Below, piece by piece: positions 1 to 9,935 of a DNA stretch of 64,000 nucleotides (position 1 is its first letter; each line of letters opens with the position of its first letter). Source of the stretch: a virus (taxonomy: Duplodnaviria; Caudoviricetes). The notes under the pieces are model-generated. The model ran no database searches, was not told where the DNA came from, and was given only the letters and a program-made list of their open reading frames with translations. The stretch lies in the IMG/VR virus record IMGVR_UViG_3300026549_000036. One strand, 5' to 3'. Both the position numbers and the translations under genes were made by a program.

Positions 1-126
1 AAATTACAAATTTTGAACATTTATCCAGTGGCGCCGAGTGGTTATGCTGTTGAATACAAACGATTTAACGATGAAATCTTCTTTGAATTTTTTGAAGGAG
101 ATTATAGAAATGGAGAAGTAGAATGA
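1..126 (+). CDS. 3' end of a hypothetical protein (partial)
   Basis: Frame 1 is open from the window start to TGA 124-126, overlapping the next ATG (ATGA). Confidence 0.6.
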   Translation, partial: KLQILNIYPVAPSGYAVEYKRFNDEIFFEFFEGDYRNGEVE

Positions 127-420
127 GCGGTAGTAATGATTATATAGTATGTAGTCGGTTGGAGTGACGATACAAGTACAATTTCCAGTAATGATTTAGG
201 TACTTGGTCTTTTCCACAATATACTTTTCGTGGTTCAAATTCCACACAAGCAAGCAATACTGTAGATACAGGTACTGAAGAAAAACCACCTGTTTGTACA
301 AATGAAGAATGGGAAAAATTCTGTGAAGAGGAGGGATTGGAAGATGGCAACGGTTACAACGGGTACACAACAGATGTCTACACAAACGCAATCACCGCAA
401 CAACAACACTCTCAGCATAG
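123..420 (+). CDS. Ser/Thr-rich hypothetical protein requiring a +1 shift at CGG 156-158
   Basis: The coupled ATG123 frame stops at 165-167. Skipping C156 gives MSGSNDYIVCS-G-WSDDTST... open to TAG 418-420. Confidence 0.55.
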
Positions 421-830
421 TAATGCTACAGTAAGCAGTATTTCCATTTCAAATGGTATAGTTTCAAATGGTACTGGAGTTACAATTTCCAATTTAGGGA
501 ATTACAATTACTATTATACTACTGCTAATCCAAGTATTACTAATGCTGTGTGGAGTGTTTATACAAACTATATGAAACCAAAATCATTTAAACTTCGGTA
601 ATACAACAGTTTGTGTTTACAACTGTGACAACAAGTACTTTATGGTTGATAATGTTCATTTTACTTTTGAAACGCAAGGCACAAATGTTACATTGAGAGT
701 GAGCACTTGCGGAACTACGAATTTGTCCAGTTTAGACGAAGTAAGAAACTACATAAAGTCAATGAAGATGTATTACTTAAAATGTAAGGAATTTGAAAAA
801 CAACTTGAATTAACTTCGGATTTCGCATAA
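344..830 (+). CDS. Hypothetical DF-tail protein requiring a +1 shift at CGG 596-598
   Basis: ...KSFKL CGG TAA. Skipping C596 gives GNTTVCVYNCDNKYF, which runs in frame into ORF 642..830 ending LELTSDFA. The start is uncertain. Confidence 0.6.
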
Positions 831-837
831 ATAAAAT

Positions 838-1002
838 ATGGGAATTATAATACTTTGTACGATAATGATTTTGTTTTGTTCAGCAGTTCTTTATACACTG
901 TTGAAAGATAGAACTTTTGACCAGTCTAATGTGATTGGTATGGTTTTGTGCAGTTTAACAATTTTATTGTCAACTGCGACAATTATTATGAAAATAATGT
1001 AA
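838..1002 (+). CDS. Small two-TM membrane protein
   Basis: 54-codon ORF MGIIILCTIMILF...IIMKIM with two hydrophobic stretches. Confidence 0.55.
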   Translation: MGIIILCTIMILFCSAVLYTLLKDRTFDQSNVIGMVLCSLTILLSTATIIMKIM

Positions 1003-1103
1003 GTTTAACTTGAAACAAAATTTAATAAAGTTTAAAATGGACGGGTTTACAACTTGCCCATTTTTTGTTATATTATAGATAGAACTTAAATGGAGAACAC
1101 TTA

Positions 1104-1814
1104 ATGAAGATTAACTCAAACTATCAAGATTATTATGATTCTGCGTTAGGGTCATTTTTGGGCTCCGAAGTTGTAATCAACAGAAAAGAAAAAGAAGTAG
1201 AAATTGGTAAAACTGAATTTCCAATTTTGTGCTATAATCGTATTCCAGATTGGCAAGCAGAAAAACAGACTGTAGAATTTAATGGAAGAAAGACCACTAA
1301 AGGTTATCCAATTACTTTGATTGGTTTTTGTGGTCAGTGGTTTTTCCATTGGCAAAAAGGACATTTGACTGATGATTTCCGAACTGTCATTGAACACAAG
1401 TATGTAACCTATGACGAACTCTTGAAGGACCATCAGGAACATACAATTTGTTATCAGTGGATGAAGTCTGTTAAAATGGAAGAACTGAATGACCCAAATA
1501 AAATCAAAGAATGGAATACTGACATTTTTGAAAAGTACGGTCCTGTGATTGTTATTCCTGAATATACGGGAATTCAAAAATGGATTAGAAGTACTGAATA
1601 CGAAACATACAAAGCACAGTTGTTCCCTAATTTGAAAAATTACGGATTTCAGCAGATGAAAGACCCATTTACTGCATTATGGGAACTGGAACATTGGTAT
1701 GACACTCACGCCAGACCAGACGAAGCTATTGTTCCTGTTGGTGACGATTTAACCAGATTGAAAGCATACGGATTTGATGCGAAAACTTCATTTAGAAAAT
1801 CAAAGGAGAAATAA
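1104..1814 (+). CDS. Hypothetical phage protein
   Basis: 236-aa ORF with GGAG RBS and an upstream TTTACA-17-TATATT promoter (1046-1074). Confidence 0.8.
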   Translation: MKINSNYQDYYDSALGSFLGSEVVINRKEKEVEIGKTEFPILCYNRIPDWQAEKQTVEFNGRKTTKGYPITLIGFCGQWFFHWQKGHLTDDFRTVIEHKYVTYDELLKDHQEHTICYQWMKSVKMEELNDPNKIKEWNTDIFEKYGPVIVIPEYTGIQKWIRSTEYETYKAQLFPNLKNYGFQQMKDPFTALWELEHWYDTHARPDEAIVPVGDDLTRLKAYGFDAKTSFRKSKEK

Positions 1815-2191
1815 TGGTATATTTCATTATTGGTGCTTTTATTGTGTTTATGGTTTGTTTGTGTATCTTTCTACAAAAACAAGCAAATGCAGAACAGAAA
1901 GATAGAGAAAGGCCCTGGAGAGTTGTAAAGAATGCTTTGGGTCAGTATCTCTTACAACATTATTGTAAAAGAGAATTTGTTTACATATCAGATAGAGATA
2001 TGACACGATATGAATGGAAGTGGGAAACTATAAAAACATACGATGACAAAGATGAAGCTATTGCTATGTTGAATTACAAACTGGCAGAATTTGAAAACGA
2101 AGAAAAAGAAAAGAAACAAAAAGAAAATGATAAATTAGCTGCACAGAAAGAAAAAGAACTAGCTGAAAAAATCGTTGAGATTATTAAATGA
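1814..2191 (+). CDS. Membrane-anchored hypothetical protein
   Basis: N-terminal TM helix and charged coiled-coil C-terminus; TAATG coupling. Confidence 0.75.
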   Translation: MVYFIIGAFIVFMVCLCIFLQKQANAEQKDRERPWRVVKNALGQYLLQHYCKREFVYISDRDMTRYEWKWETIKTYDDKDEAIAMLNYKLAEFENEEKEKKQKENDKLAAQKEKELAEKIVEIIK

Positions 2192-2676
2192 GCATTAAAG
2201 ATACTATACAAAGGAAATTACACATGGGACTTTTTAGATACTTAGGCAAGTTTGAAGAATTGTTCAAACAGGAAATTAACTGCGATAACATTTATACGAA
2301 CTGCGTATATTTAAAAGAACATTTCCCAGATAAATGGCAAGGTATCTTGGAAAGTATGGGAGTTAAAAAAGATACACCTATATTTTCTGTAAACCATACA
2401 GTCAATGGAAAACGATATGACGTTGTTACATTTTGTACTCCAAAAGGTTCAAGTTCTTATGTAGATTATTTCTATAAGAAAGATTCTATTTGGACTAGAA
2501 ATTTATGCCGAGCCGATTACAAAAATGATAAAGAATTTTGTAAAGAATTAGATGTCGCTTATCAAGAATTACAGAATTTGTTTGCCTTCCTAAAGTTGTT
2601 TGAAAAACAAATGGAAGAAATGAACAGACTGATTAAAATTCAAAGTGACGAAAATAAGGAGATTAAACCATCGTGA
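2188..2676 (+). CDS. Hypothetical protein
   Basis: 162-aa ORF with ATGA overlap. Confidence 0.7.
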   Translation: MSIKDTIQRKLHMGLFRYLGKFEELFKQEINCDNIYTNCVYLKEHFPDKWQGILESMGVKKDTPIFSVNHTVNGKRYDVVTFCTPKGSSSYVDYFYKKDSIWTRNLCRADYKNDKEFCKELDVAYQELQNLFAFLKLFEKQMEEMNRLIKIQSDENKEIKPS

Positions 2677-2885
2677 CTTATTCCCATACAGTTAAATTTA
2701 TGTGTGCTAATCAAACTTACGAATTTACATTAGAAGACGAAAATAACGAAACTGAATACAAGAAAATTGTGGCTCGGGTAAAAGCCAAAGTGTTTGACCA
2801 GGCTAACATTGAAGTTCTTTCAGTTGTAACTAAAAGTTTACAATAGAATGTAATAATAATTTTACACGATTTTGGCTAAAAATCA

Positions 2886-2914
2886 TTGACAACACTTGTG
2901 TATTTTGCTATATT
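2886..2914 (+). promoter_or_regulatory. sigma70-type early promoter
   Basis: TTGACA-17 nt-TATATT with an upstream AT tract. The design recurs throughout the window. Confidence 0.8.
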
Positions 2915-2948
2915 TACTTATGTAGAAAAGAAAACAAGAGGTTTAAAA

Positions 2949-3245
2949 ATGGATTTAACCACACTCAATGACAAAATCAACAACATCGTTAATCGTTACC
3001 CGGCTATCCACGTGAATGTGGGAACGAATAACGGTCGCCACGAAGTGGTTTTGAATTTCCATAACACGAATAATCATTTTGCTCTGATGGGCGAAGTTAC
3101 GCTTGACTTTTTCGCCGTGGTGAATCCGCTTACCTGTTGCGATAATGTGGATATGAGTTTTCTGTGCCGTTCTTCAAACATTGACGAAAATCTTGAAGGT
3201 GAATACAGAACTGCTATGGAAGAAATTGTGAAGGAATTTGAATAA
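2949..3245 (+). CDS. Early hypothetical protein
   Basis: GAGG RBS and ATG2949 downstream of the promoter. Confidence 0.7.
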   Translation: MDLTTLNDKINNIVNRYPAIHVNVGTNNGRHEVVLNFHNTNNHFALMGEVTLDFFAVVNPLTCCDNVDMSFLCRSSNIDENLEGEYRTAMEEIVKEFE

Positions 3246-3439
3246 TGGCAGACGAAAATAAAGAAAAGACGGTTCTCGGCGAAATGATTGCTAATTTTCC
3301 TGTGGAAGAATTGAAGAAAGCAATGCTTCATATTGACCGATTTGACGAAGATGTTGTAACTGAAGAAAAGACCAAATCGGCTGAAGTTGAAGAAAAGCTG
3401 GAAGAAGTCTCACAGGAAATCATTGAGGATAATTTGTAA
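3245..3439 (+). CDS. Small acidic hypothetical protein
   Basis: 64-aa ORF with TAATG coupling. Confidence 0.65.
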   Translation: MADENKEKTVLGEMIANFPVEELKKAMLHIDRFDEDVVTEEKTKSAEVEEKLEEVSQEIIEDNL

Positions 3440-3571
3440 TGGATAATCAACAGAAAAGTGGCTGCGGATGTTTGCTATTGCTCATATTCCTCATAATGTG
3501 TTGTAATGGCACAATTAGTCCTGCACTATTTTTCGTTCTCGTATTTGTGTACTTATTCTTTGGATAAACTA

Positions 3572-4009
3572 ATGAACTATAAGAAACTTTATACTAAATT
3601 TTGTAACTACTATAAGAAACTTGGGCGCAGTTATAATGACCCTCGTTTCACTGTCCACCATATACTTTGTAGGTCTATGGGTGGCTTAGATACAGACGAA
3701 AATAAAGTTGCTATGACTCCGAAGGAACATTATATTGCCCACAGAATTTTAGCACACGTTTACAAGAAACGAAATCCTGAAATTTGTTATCTTTTGAACA
3801 AGTTTGCAAATGGAATGAAAGGAACGGATTCACCTAAGTACTCAAATTTCAATTTCTACTTGAACCAAATTTTAACATTCAAGAAAAACGGAAAGCCAAA
3901 GAATTATGATTCTTACTGCGATGCACTTCGTGAAGAAATCATACATTTAATGGAACTGCCGATTGACAAACAAAAAATTACTAACAAACTGATGAATGCT
4001 TTCATCTAA
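3572..4009 (+). CDS. HNH endonuclease (Mob-like homing endonuclease domain)
   Basis: HHILCRSMGG...N...TPKEHYIAHRIL motif; MNYKKLY N-terminus. Confidence 0.8.
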   Translation: MNYKKLYTKFCNYYKKLGRSYNDPRFTVHHILCRSMGGLDTDENKVAMTPKEHYIAHRILAHVYKKRNPEICYLLNKFANGMKGTDSPKYSNFNFYLNQILTFKKNGKPKNYDSYCDALREEIIHLMELPIDKQKITNKLMNAFI

Positions 4010-4043
4010 CAATAACCCCTAACAAAAAGGAAAAAACAAAACT

Positions 4044-5324
4044 ATGAATACAAAAGCAAAGGTATCACTTATTCTTCTCGCCATCGCGGTTGTCATTTGT
4101 GCGTTCTGCGCAAAGAAGCTCGTTGGTTATAAGCAGTCTACGGAATTGCTCGTTAAGCAGTCACCGTTCGGAACACTATCCTGCGTTGAAGGCCAGGGTC
4201 TTTATTTCCGAGGTTTCGCATCCATCTACAAGTATGATTTGGCGAAGTCCTTCTATTTCAACTCCAGTAACGAAAAGGTTAATGGCGAAGGTTGGGAAGG
4301 TGACGAAGATGACGAAGATGACATTTCCGTAACGCTTTCACGAAATGCGAACGCAAACATCTCCGGCTATCTTTTGTATGAATTGCCGACTGATTGCGAT
4401 AAGTTGATTGAACTCCATAATAACCAGAAGAATGATAAGGGTGTGAAGCATAATCTTGTGCGAAATGCTGTTCTCTCTGCGGTACGAAAGACTGCCCCAT
4501 TGTTTACGGCTGAAGAAGCTAAGGTCACGAAAATTGCAGAGTTTAGACGTCTCGCTGAAGACCAGTTGGTAGATGGCGAATACCTGACAACTACCGAAGT
4601 TCTCAAGGAGAAGGCCGGTGAAGATGAAGTAGATTCAACTGGCAAGGTCATTAAGAAGGCAGAAGTTCAAGAATACAGAGTTACCAAGCTCAAGCTGGAT
4701 GCTAATGGTCATCGTATTCTCACGAAGAAGTCCGCACTCTCTCAGTATGGCATTGTAGTTAAGCAGCTTGAAATTCAGAGTGTAAAGTTGGATAGTATGG
4801 CACAACGCCAGTTGGATATTGTGAAGGAACGTGAAATGCAGCGCGTGTCTAATGCTACTGCCGCTGAAACGGCAAAACAGAAGGCCATCACCGCAGAAGC
4901 AGAAGGTAAGGCAAAGATTGCTGAAGCAAAGGCAGCTCAGGAAGTCCAAAAGATGACCGAAGTTACCCAGGCTGAAAAGGAACGTGATGTCGCAATTCTT
5001 AATGCGGAACGTGAGAAGGAAGTCGCTCGTCTAAATGCTCTCAAGGCCATTGAAGATGCAAAGAGAATTAGAGCTGAGGGTGAAGCTGAGGCTGCTGCTA
5101 ACCGAGCAAAGGTTATCGCTGGTTTGACACCACAGGAAAAGGCAGAATGGGATTATAAGACGAAGGTTGGTATTGCCGAAGCTCTTGCTAAGTCCGAAAA
5201 CCCGATTGTTCCTACCATTATGATGGGTGGTGCCGGTGACGGAAAGAATGGTGCTACCGCTCTTGACGCTGTTGGTATGAAATACTTGATGGACATTGCT
5301 GATAGAATTTCTAGCAACAAGTAA
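4044..5324 (+). CDS. SPFH/band 7 (flotillin-like) membrane protein
   Basis: N-terminal TM, SPFH-like core and an AEA/EKE-rich coiled coil (AEGEAEAAANRAK). Confidence 0.85.
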   Translation: MNTKAKVSLILLAIAVVICAFCAKKLVGYKQSTELLVKQSPFGTLSCVEGQGLYFRGFASIYKYDLAKSFYFNSSNEKVNGEGWEGDEDDEDDISVTLSRNANANISGYLLYELPTDCDKLIELHNNQKNDKGVKHNLVRNAVLSAVRKTAPLFTAEEAKVTKIAEFRRLAEDQLVDGEYLTTTEVLKEKAGEDEVDSTGKVIKKAEVQEYRVTKLKLDANGHRILTKKSALSQYGIVVKQLEIQSVKLDSMAQRQLDIVKEREMQRVSNATAAETAKQKAITAEAEGKAKIAEAKAAQEVQKMTEVTQAEKERDVAILNAEREKEVARLNALKAIEDAKRIRAEGEAEAAANRAKVIAGLTPQEKAEWDYKTKVGIAEALAKSENPIVPTIMMGGAGDGKNGATALDAVGMKYLMDIADRISSNK

Positions 5325-5400
5325 TAAAAACCACTTGAGCCCGAACAATGTTGTGAAATGTTGTTTGGACTTTTTTCTTTAAAACAAAGGAATTGTAGAT

Positions 5401-5709
5401 ATGAAACTGAGTTTACTCTTAATTATTGTCGCATTTGTTTTGTTTGCTTTTGCAGATCCATTTGGCTATCAAGTTAATTCACCAATTAAACCTGTACCAA
5501 AAGAACCATCTGTATTTAAAGAAAAACCACTTGTGCTTACTGATAAGCCAGTTACTCTCAAACCAGAACCAATTAAACACGAAGAACCGGTTAGAGAAAT
5601 CACCAATGAATTTGATGAATGTGTGGCAGATTGTAAGGCAAACAATGTTTCAAGTTCTATAATTGAATTTTGTATTAGAGAAAACTGTGAGAGGATAAAC
5701 AATGATTAA
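5401..5709 (+). CDS. Exported hypothetical protein
   Basis: Signal peptide, Pro/Lys linker and Cys-rich C-terminus. Confidence 0.7.
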   Translation: MKLSLLLIIVAFVLFAFADPFGYQVNSPIKPVPKEPSVFKEKPLVLTDKPVTLKPEPIKHEEPVREITNEFDECVADCKANNVSSSIIEFCIRENCERINND

Positions 5710-6118
5710 AAGAAGCGAATTTATTATTGGTATGGTTATAATGTTCTTCTTGTTTCTGTTTGTCAATGGACTTATTGTCAGTGACATTAACGAAACTATG
5801 CGAACATTGAAGCGTCCAGTAGTTCTACACGATACAACTTCTGTTATGCGATACATTGACAGATACATCCACGATACTACTGTTATCACGCAGACCAAAA
5901 CTGAATACATTGAAAAGGTTTCTTTGATTGGCAAAATGCAAGATTATTCTGATGAAGAAGAAACTGAGATAACCATTGAAACTGATAATACACTTTTAAA
6001 ATTTGATGCTAAGTATGTTAAGATTCAATGTAATGGAAAATTTGTCGCAGACGAAGATGGTGACGAATCAGTATGTGCAGGAGATTGGGTAATCACTGCA
6101 AAGGAGATTATTGAATAA
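5702..6118 (+). CDS. Membrane-anchored hypothetical protein
   Basis: N-terminal TM helix. Confidence 0.7.
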   Translation: MIKRSEFIIGMVIMFFLFLFVNGLIVSDINETMRTLKRPVVLHDTTSVMRYIDRYIHDTTVITQTKTEYIEKVSLIGKMQDYSDEEETEITIETDNTLLKFDAKYVKIQCNGKFVADEDGDESVCAGDWVITAKEIIE

Positions 6119-6393
6119 TGAAAAAGATAATGATTGTTATGTTGTGTGCTATGGCAGTTTCTGCTTGGGCTGACATACATTTGGATTTCGTACTTTCCGC
6201 ACGAAAGAAAGGTTGCGAAGTAGTCCAATGGATTGAAAACGATTACGAAAATGGAGTTCTTTGGCAACAGTACGCAAAGGTTGCTTGTAAGGACCCACAG
6301 TCTATGCCTGTAAGAATGGTTGGATTGAAGTTCTTGGACGTATCTAAAAATCTTAAGGGCGAATACATTTACACTTACGGATTGGAGAAGTAA
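6118..6393 (+). CDS. Exported hypothetical protein
   Basis: Signal peptide MKKIMIVMLCAMAVSAWA. Confidence 0.7.
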   Translation: MKKIMIVMLCAMAVSAWADIHLDFVLSARKKGCEVVQWIENDYENGVLWQQYAKVACKDPQSMPVRMVGLKFLDVSKNLKGEYIYTYGLEK

Positions 6394-6395
6394 AA

Positions 6396-6737
6396 ATGAA
6401 ACGGATACTGCTTTTAATTAGTTTGTTTACAGTTATGAGTTTTTCTTGTGATACTTATTGTAAGGAAAAACTTGAACGAATCGCAAACTCACTTGAACGA
6501 ATTGCGAATCTGATGCAGAAGGAATACAATATGAAACTGGAAAATAAAACTACAGTTCGTGAAAGTTATTCCGCACCAGTTAAGAATTATGATGTTCAAA
6601 TTAACGGTCGCTCATTAAAAGCAGTTCCGACTTCTTCTATTTTTACTGAAGATGAATTTTTGACTTGTAAGAGCGAATGTAAGGAACGATTTAAACTCTA
6701 TACAGAAATTGAAGATTGTATTAAAAGATACTGTTGA
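6396..6737 (+). CDS. Exported Cys-rich hypothetical protein
   Basis: Signal peptide; C-terminal CxxxC...CxxxxC similar to 5401. Confidence 0.7.
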   Translation: MKRILLLISLFTVMSFSCDTYCKEKLERIANSLERIANLMQKEYNMKLENKTTVRESYSAPVKNYDVQINGRSLKAVPTSSIFTEDEFLTCKSECKERFKLYTEIEDCIKRYC

Positions 6738-7072
6738 GAATAATGACATACAAAGAATACAGAGAAACTTGTTTAAAAGCTGGGCTTCAGTTTGAGATAA
6801 AAGATTATTGTACTGATTCACCAGCTTTTGGTTATAGTGCTTGTTATCTTTATGATAATGTGTTGTATGTAATCGCAAGATTTTTTAAATGCGATGGGAA
6901 AATGTATCACAATGTAAATGATAGCAGTCCTGGTATGGCAGTTCTGCCATTCCTTGGTAAGAACTGCGTTTTGGGTGGTGAACCTTTAATTAAGTTCATT
7001 GAGCAAAGTAGATGCGAAATCAAAAAAGATAAGATCAAAAAGAAACTTAAAGAAATGGAAAAAGATTTTTAG
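6734..7072 (+). CDS. DF-tail family protein
   Basis: Ends KKKLKEMEKDF. Confidence 0.7.
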   Translation: MRIMTYKEYRETCLKAGLQFEIKDYCTDSPAFGYSACYLYDNVLYVIARFFKCDGKMYHNVNDSSPGMAVLPFLGKNCVLGGEPLIKFIEQSRCEIKKDKIKKKLKEMEKDF

Positions 7073-7074
7073 TA

Positions 7075-7103
7075 TTGACAGTGGCGGGATAATAAACTAT
7101 ATT
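7075..7103 (+). promoter_or_regulatory. sigma70-type early promoter
   Basis: TTGACA-17-TATATT. Confidence 0.8.
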
Positions 7104-7122
7104 ATAGTAAAGGAAATGAATT

Positions 7123-7860
7123 ATGAAAACTATTAGACGTGGTGTATTTGAAACAAACTCTAGCACAACACACTGTGCTACCTACACAAAAACATACAAG
7201 CATATCGCAGATATCCCGTTGCGAGATAAAAAGGAATTTCCTACACTCAATGCTGACGGAACATTGGATGTTGAACTGTTCGTTTATTGGGATATGGAAG
7301 TTCGTGAAAGGGATGACATTGACCTTTCAAGTGTAAAGACAATTATTGAGTATCTTGCTGCTCACGCAGTTTTCTCTTGTCACGAAACGCTGTGGAGTAG
7401 AAAGAATAATGAAGTAATTTATCATTATAAAGATAACCACGCAAATCTGGTTCGTGATGTACAGAAAGCTTATCAAACAGTTGGATTGAAAGCTCCGACT
7501 GATGTTCGCCCATATTTCCTGGACATCGGTGATAACAAGATTTACATTACTGAAGACAACATAAACAAGTGGTTCTTCCCATTTGAAGAATACCCTTGGT
7601 TTGACAAGAAATCAGAATGGGATAAGTATATTAAGAAGACCCTTAAGAACACTCCTGATGCAGTTAATTGGCCTTATGCTAAGCACTTCATTGGAATGTG
7701 TGGTAATGATTTGTGTAGTTCTAGTTATGAATCCGCAACCCAGTATTATGACGATATGGCTCACGGTTGGGATGGACGTGACGATGAAAGCGAAGAAGAT
7801 AACATAACAACCAATGATATGCTTACTAGACAGATGTCATTGAGCTTCTATCATACTTAA
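7123..7860 (+). CDS. Phage protein with N-terminal IRRGVFETNSS(T/S)TH motif
   Basis: Recognisable N-terminal motif, recalled as often lying near phage radical SAM genes, as it does here. Confidence 0.7.
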   Translation: MKTIRRGVFETNSSTTHCATYTKTYKHIADIPLRDKKEFPTLNADGTLDVELFVYWDMEVRERDDIDLSSVKTIIEYLAAHAVFSCHETLWSRKNNEVIYHYKDNHANLVRDVQKAYQTVGLKAPTDVRPYFLDIGDNKIYITEDNINKWFFPFEEYPWFDKKSEWDKYIKKTLKNTPDAVNWPYAKHFIGMCGNDLCSSSYESATQYYDDMAHGWDGRDDESEEDNITTNDMLTRQMSLSFYHT

Positions 7861-7869
7861 GGAGAAATT

Positions 7870-8340
7870 ATGAATAAGTTAATTATTGACGATATGCCAG
7901 AATTGTATGCTAAATTGAAGCCATACATTGAGTATCTTGAAGGTCTTGGATTTTATCCTTCCAGAACAGATTTCAGTTATTTCAATCCTGGAGATGACGA
8001 TAACTATGAATACTTCAATGGTTGGAACTATAAGCGTCAAGATACAACTGCGTCAGATGGTTATCGTGAAGACTGGGTTGTGGATTTGGCAAGCTATACA
8101 AAAGAACCAAAGGTTGAAGTTTATACTCACAAAATCATAAAAGCACCGAAGTATTATTTCTGTGGAAAAGATACTGGTTATCCATATATCATCCAGAACC
8201 CAAATGAACAGGGTCATTATGACTCAAAGATTGTGGATAACATAAAAGACTTCAAAAAAGAAATTGGTAAGTATTTGAAGTTGATTAAAACATTTCAAGA
8301 AAAGGTAAAGAAGCATGAATTGGAAAAAGACTTCACCTAG
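7870..8340 (+). CDS. DF-tail family protein
   Basis: Ends KVKKHELEKDFT. Confidence 0.75.
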   Translation: MNKLIIDDMPELYAKLKPYIEYLEGLGFYPSRTDFSYFNPGDDDNYEYFNGWNYKRQDTTASDGYREDWVVDLASYTKEPKVEVYTHKIIKAPKYYFCGKDTGYPYIIQNPNEQGHYDSKIVDNIKDFKKEIGKYLKLIKTFQEKVKKHELEKDFT

Positions 8341-8785
8341 CATTATTGCGAAATATGACAATGGTAATCACCTGGTTACTTTGTTCTCAGATGGAACAAA
8401 GATAAAGGAAACTATTAACCCTGACGATGACCATTTCACATACGAATTCCCAGAATCGTTTGATTTGAAAATCACAGATTACTGTGATGCTGGTTGTGCT
8501 TATTGCTTCGTTCCTGGTACAATAGTTAAAACTGAATTGGGAAATGAAAAAATTGAAACTTTAAAAATTGGAGATTATGTTTGGTCTTATAATTGTGAAA
8601 CCAATCAAAAAGAATTAAAACAAATTAAAAAACTATATAAACATGATGTAAATGAAAAAATTTATAAGTTTACATTAGAAAATGGAAAAGTATTTTGTTG
8701 TACGAGTAACCATAAAATTTACACTAATAATGGTGTAAAAATGGCGAAAGATATAATAGCTGAAGATGAACTTCTTAATTTCTAA
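8315..8785 (+). CDS. Radical SAM protein N-extein + split intein N-fragment
   Basis: ...ITDYCDAGCAY|CFVPGT (intein Cys1 at 8504); block B TSNH; stop after a 93-aa IntN. Confidence 0.9.
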   Translation: MNWKKTSPSIIAKYDNGNHLVTLFSDGTKIKETINPDDDHFTYEFPESFDLKITDYCDAGCAYCFVPGTIVKTELGNEKIETLKIGDYVWSYNCETNQKELKQIKKLYKHDVNEKIYKFTLENGKVFCCTSNHKIYTNNGVKMAKDIIAEDELLNF

Positions 8786-8789
8786 TTAT

Positions 8790-8797
8790 TATAAATA
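8790..8797 (+). promoter_or_regulatory. T4-type late promoter
   Basis: TATAAATA upstream of the HNH gene. Confidence 0.7.
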
Positions 8798-8909
8798 TAA
8801 TAATAGGATAGGTGGAAGCATCTTATTAAGAATTTAATAATACCAACAGATGATACTATAAAGGCTTCCACCTTATCGTCTGTTGGTATTTTTTGTTAGG
8901 TGGAAGCTA

Positions 8910-9935
8910 ATGAAATTAAAAATAATAAATTGTAAAATTTGTAATAAAGAATTTAGGACAAAATCAAAAGACATTTGTTACGATTGTGCTTATAAGAATA
9001 CATTTTTTGATAAAAACTGTATAAAATGTGGTAAACCTTTTAAAGGAACTAGATTACAAAAACAATGTGAAGAATGTAGAACTAATGCTCATAAAAATTC
9101 TACATTTAAAAATACACATACAGTTACTTGTATATGTAAAACTTGTGGAAAAATTATTAGTAAAACTACTAAAGTTAATTGTGGAAAAATAAAAAATGAT
9201 GTAATTTGTAATGATAGAAACTGTAAAGAATGTAAATCTAAAATTTTATCTGAACATTTAAAATTGAAAAATCCTAATAAATTATCTAAACAGTTTAATA
9301 GTATAGATGATTATAATAAATCAAAAATAGAACAACAAGTTTTAAAACATAAAAAGATTCTTAACGAAAATTTTGAATTATTGGAAGAACTGCGTAAAAT
9401 TGACCCTACTGCTGATTTTAAATATGAAGACCCATATATAGAAAAACAATCTTTACTTATGAGATTAAACAATCCTATGTTTAATGATGAAACAAAACTT
9501 CAAGCAAAACAAACTTTAAAAGAAAGAATAGAAAGGGGTTTAATCGTAATATCAGCAAAAAACAGAAAAACTTATACTGGTTGTAGCAGATCAATACAAA
9601 ATTATTTAAGAATTGAACTTTCAAAATGGAAACATAAGTTATTAACTGAACATAATTATACTTGTGAACTGTGTGGTAAAACTGGTGGGGATTTACATAT
9701 ACATCATACAACCCCATTTAGAGAAATTTTAAAAATGATTTGTGATGAATTAAATCTTAAATATGAAGATCTAAAACAAATAAAACATTTAGACGAAAAC
9801 TATTGCAAAATAAAGGAAAAATTACTAAATTATCATTATACACACGAATGCGGTATTGTAGTTTGCCCCAGTTGTCATTCTAAAATTGATGAACATTATC
9901 ACTTGGAGAAAAAATATGAAAATACGGAAAATTGA
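8910..9935 (+). mobile_element. Free-standing HNH homing endonuclease gene between the split-intein halves
   Basis: Multiple N-terminal CxxC zinc ribbons; C-terminal YTCELCG...HIHH...CPSCH; very AT-rich. Confidence 0.85.

Noticed and set aside
8338-8343. +1 shift at TAG-C fusing ORF 7870 to the radical SAM N-extein
   Set aside because: The frames allow it, but 7870 ends with a normal DF tail and ATG8315 gives an adequate independent start.
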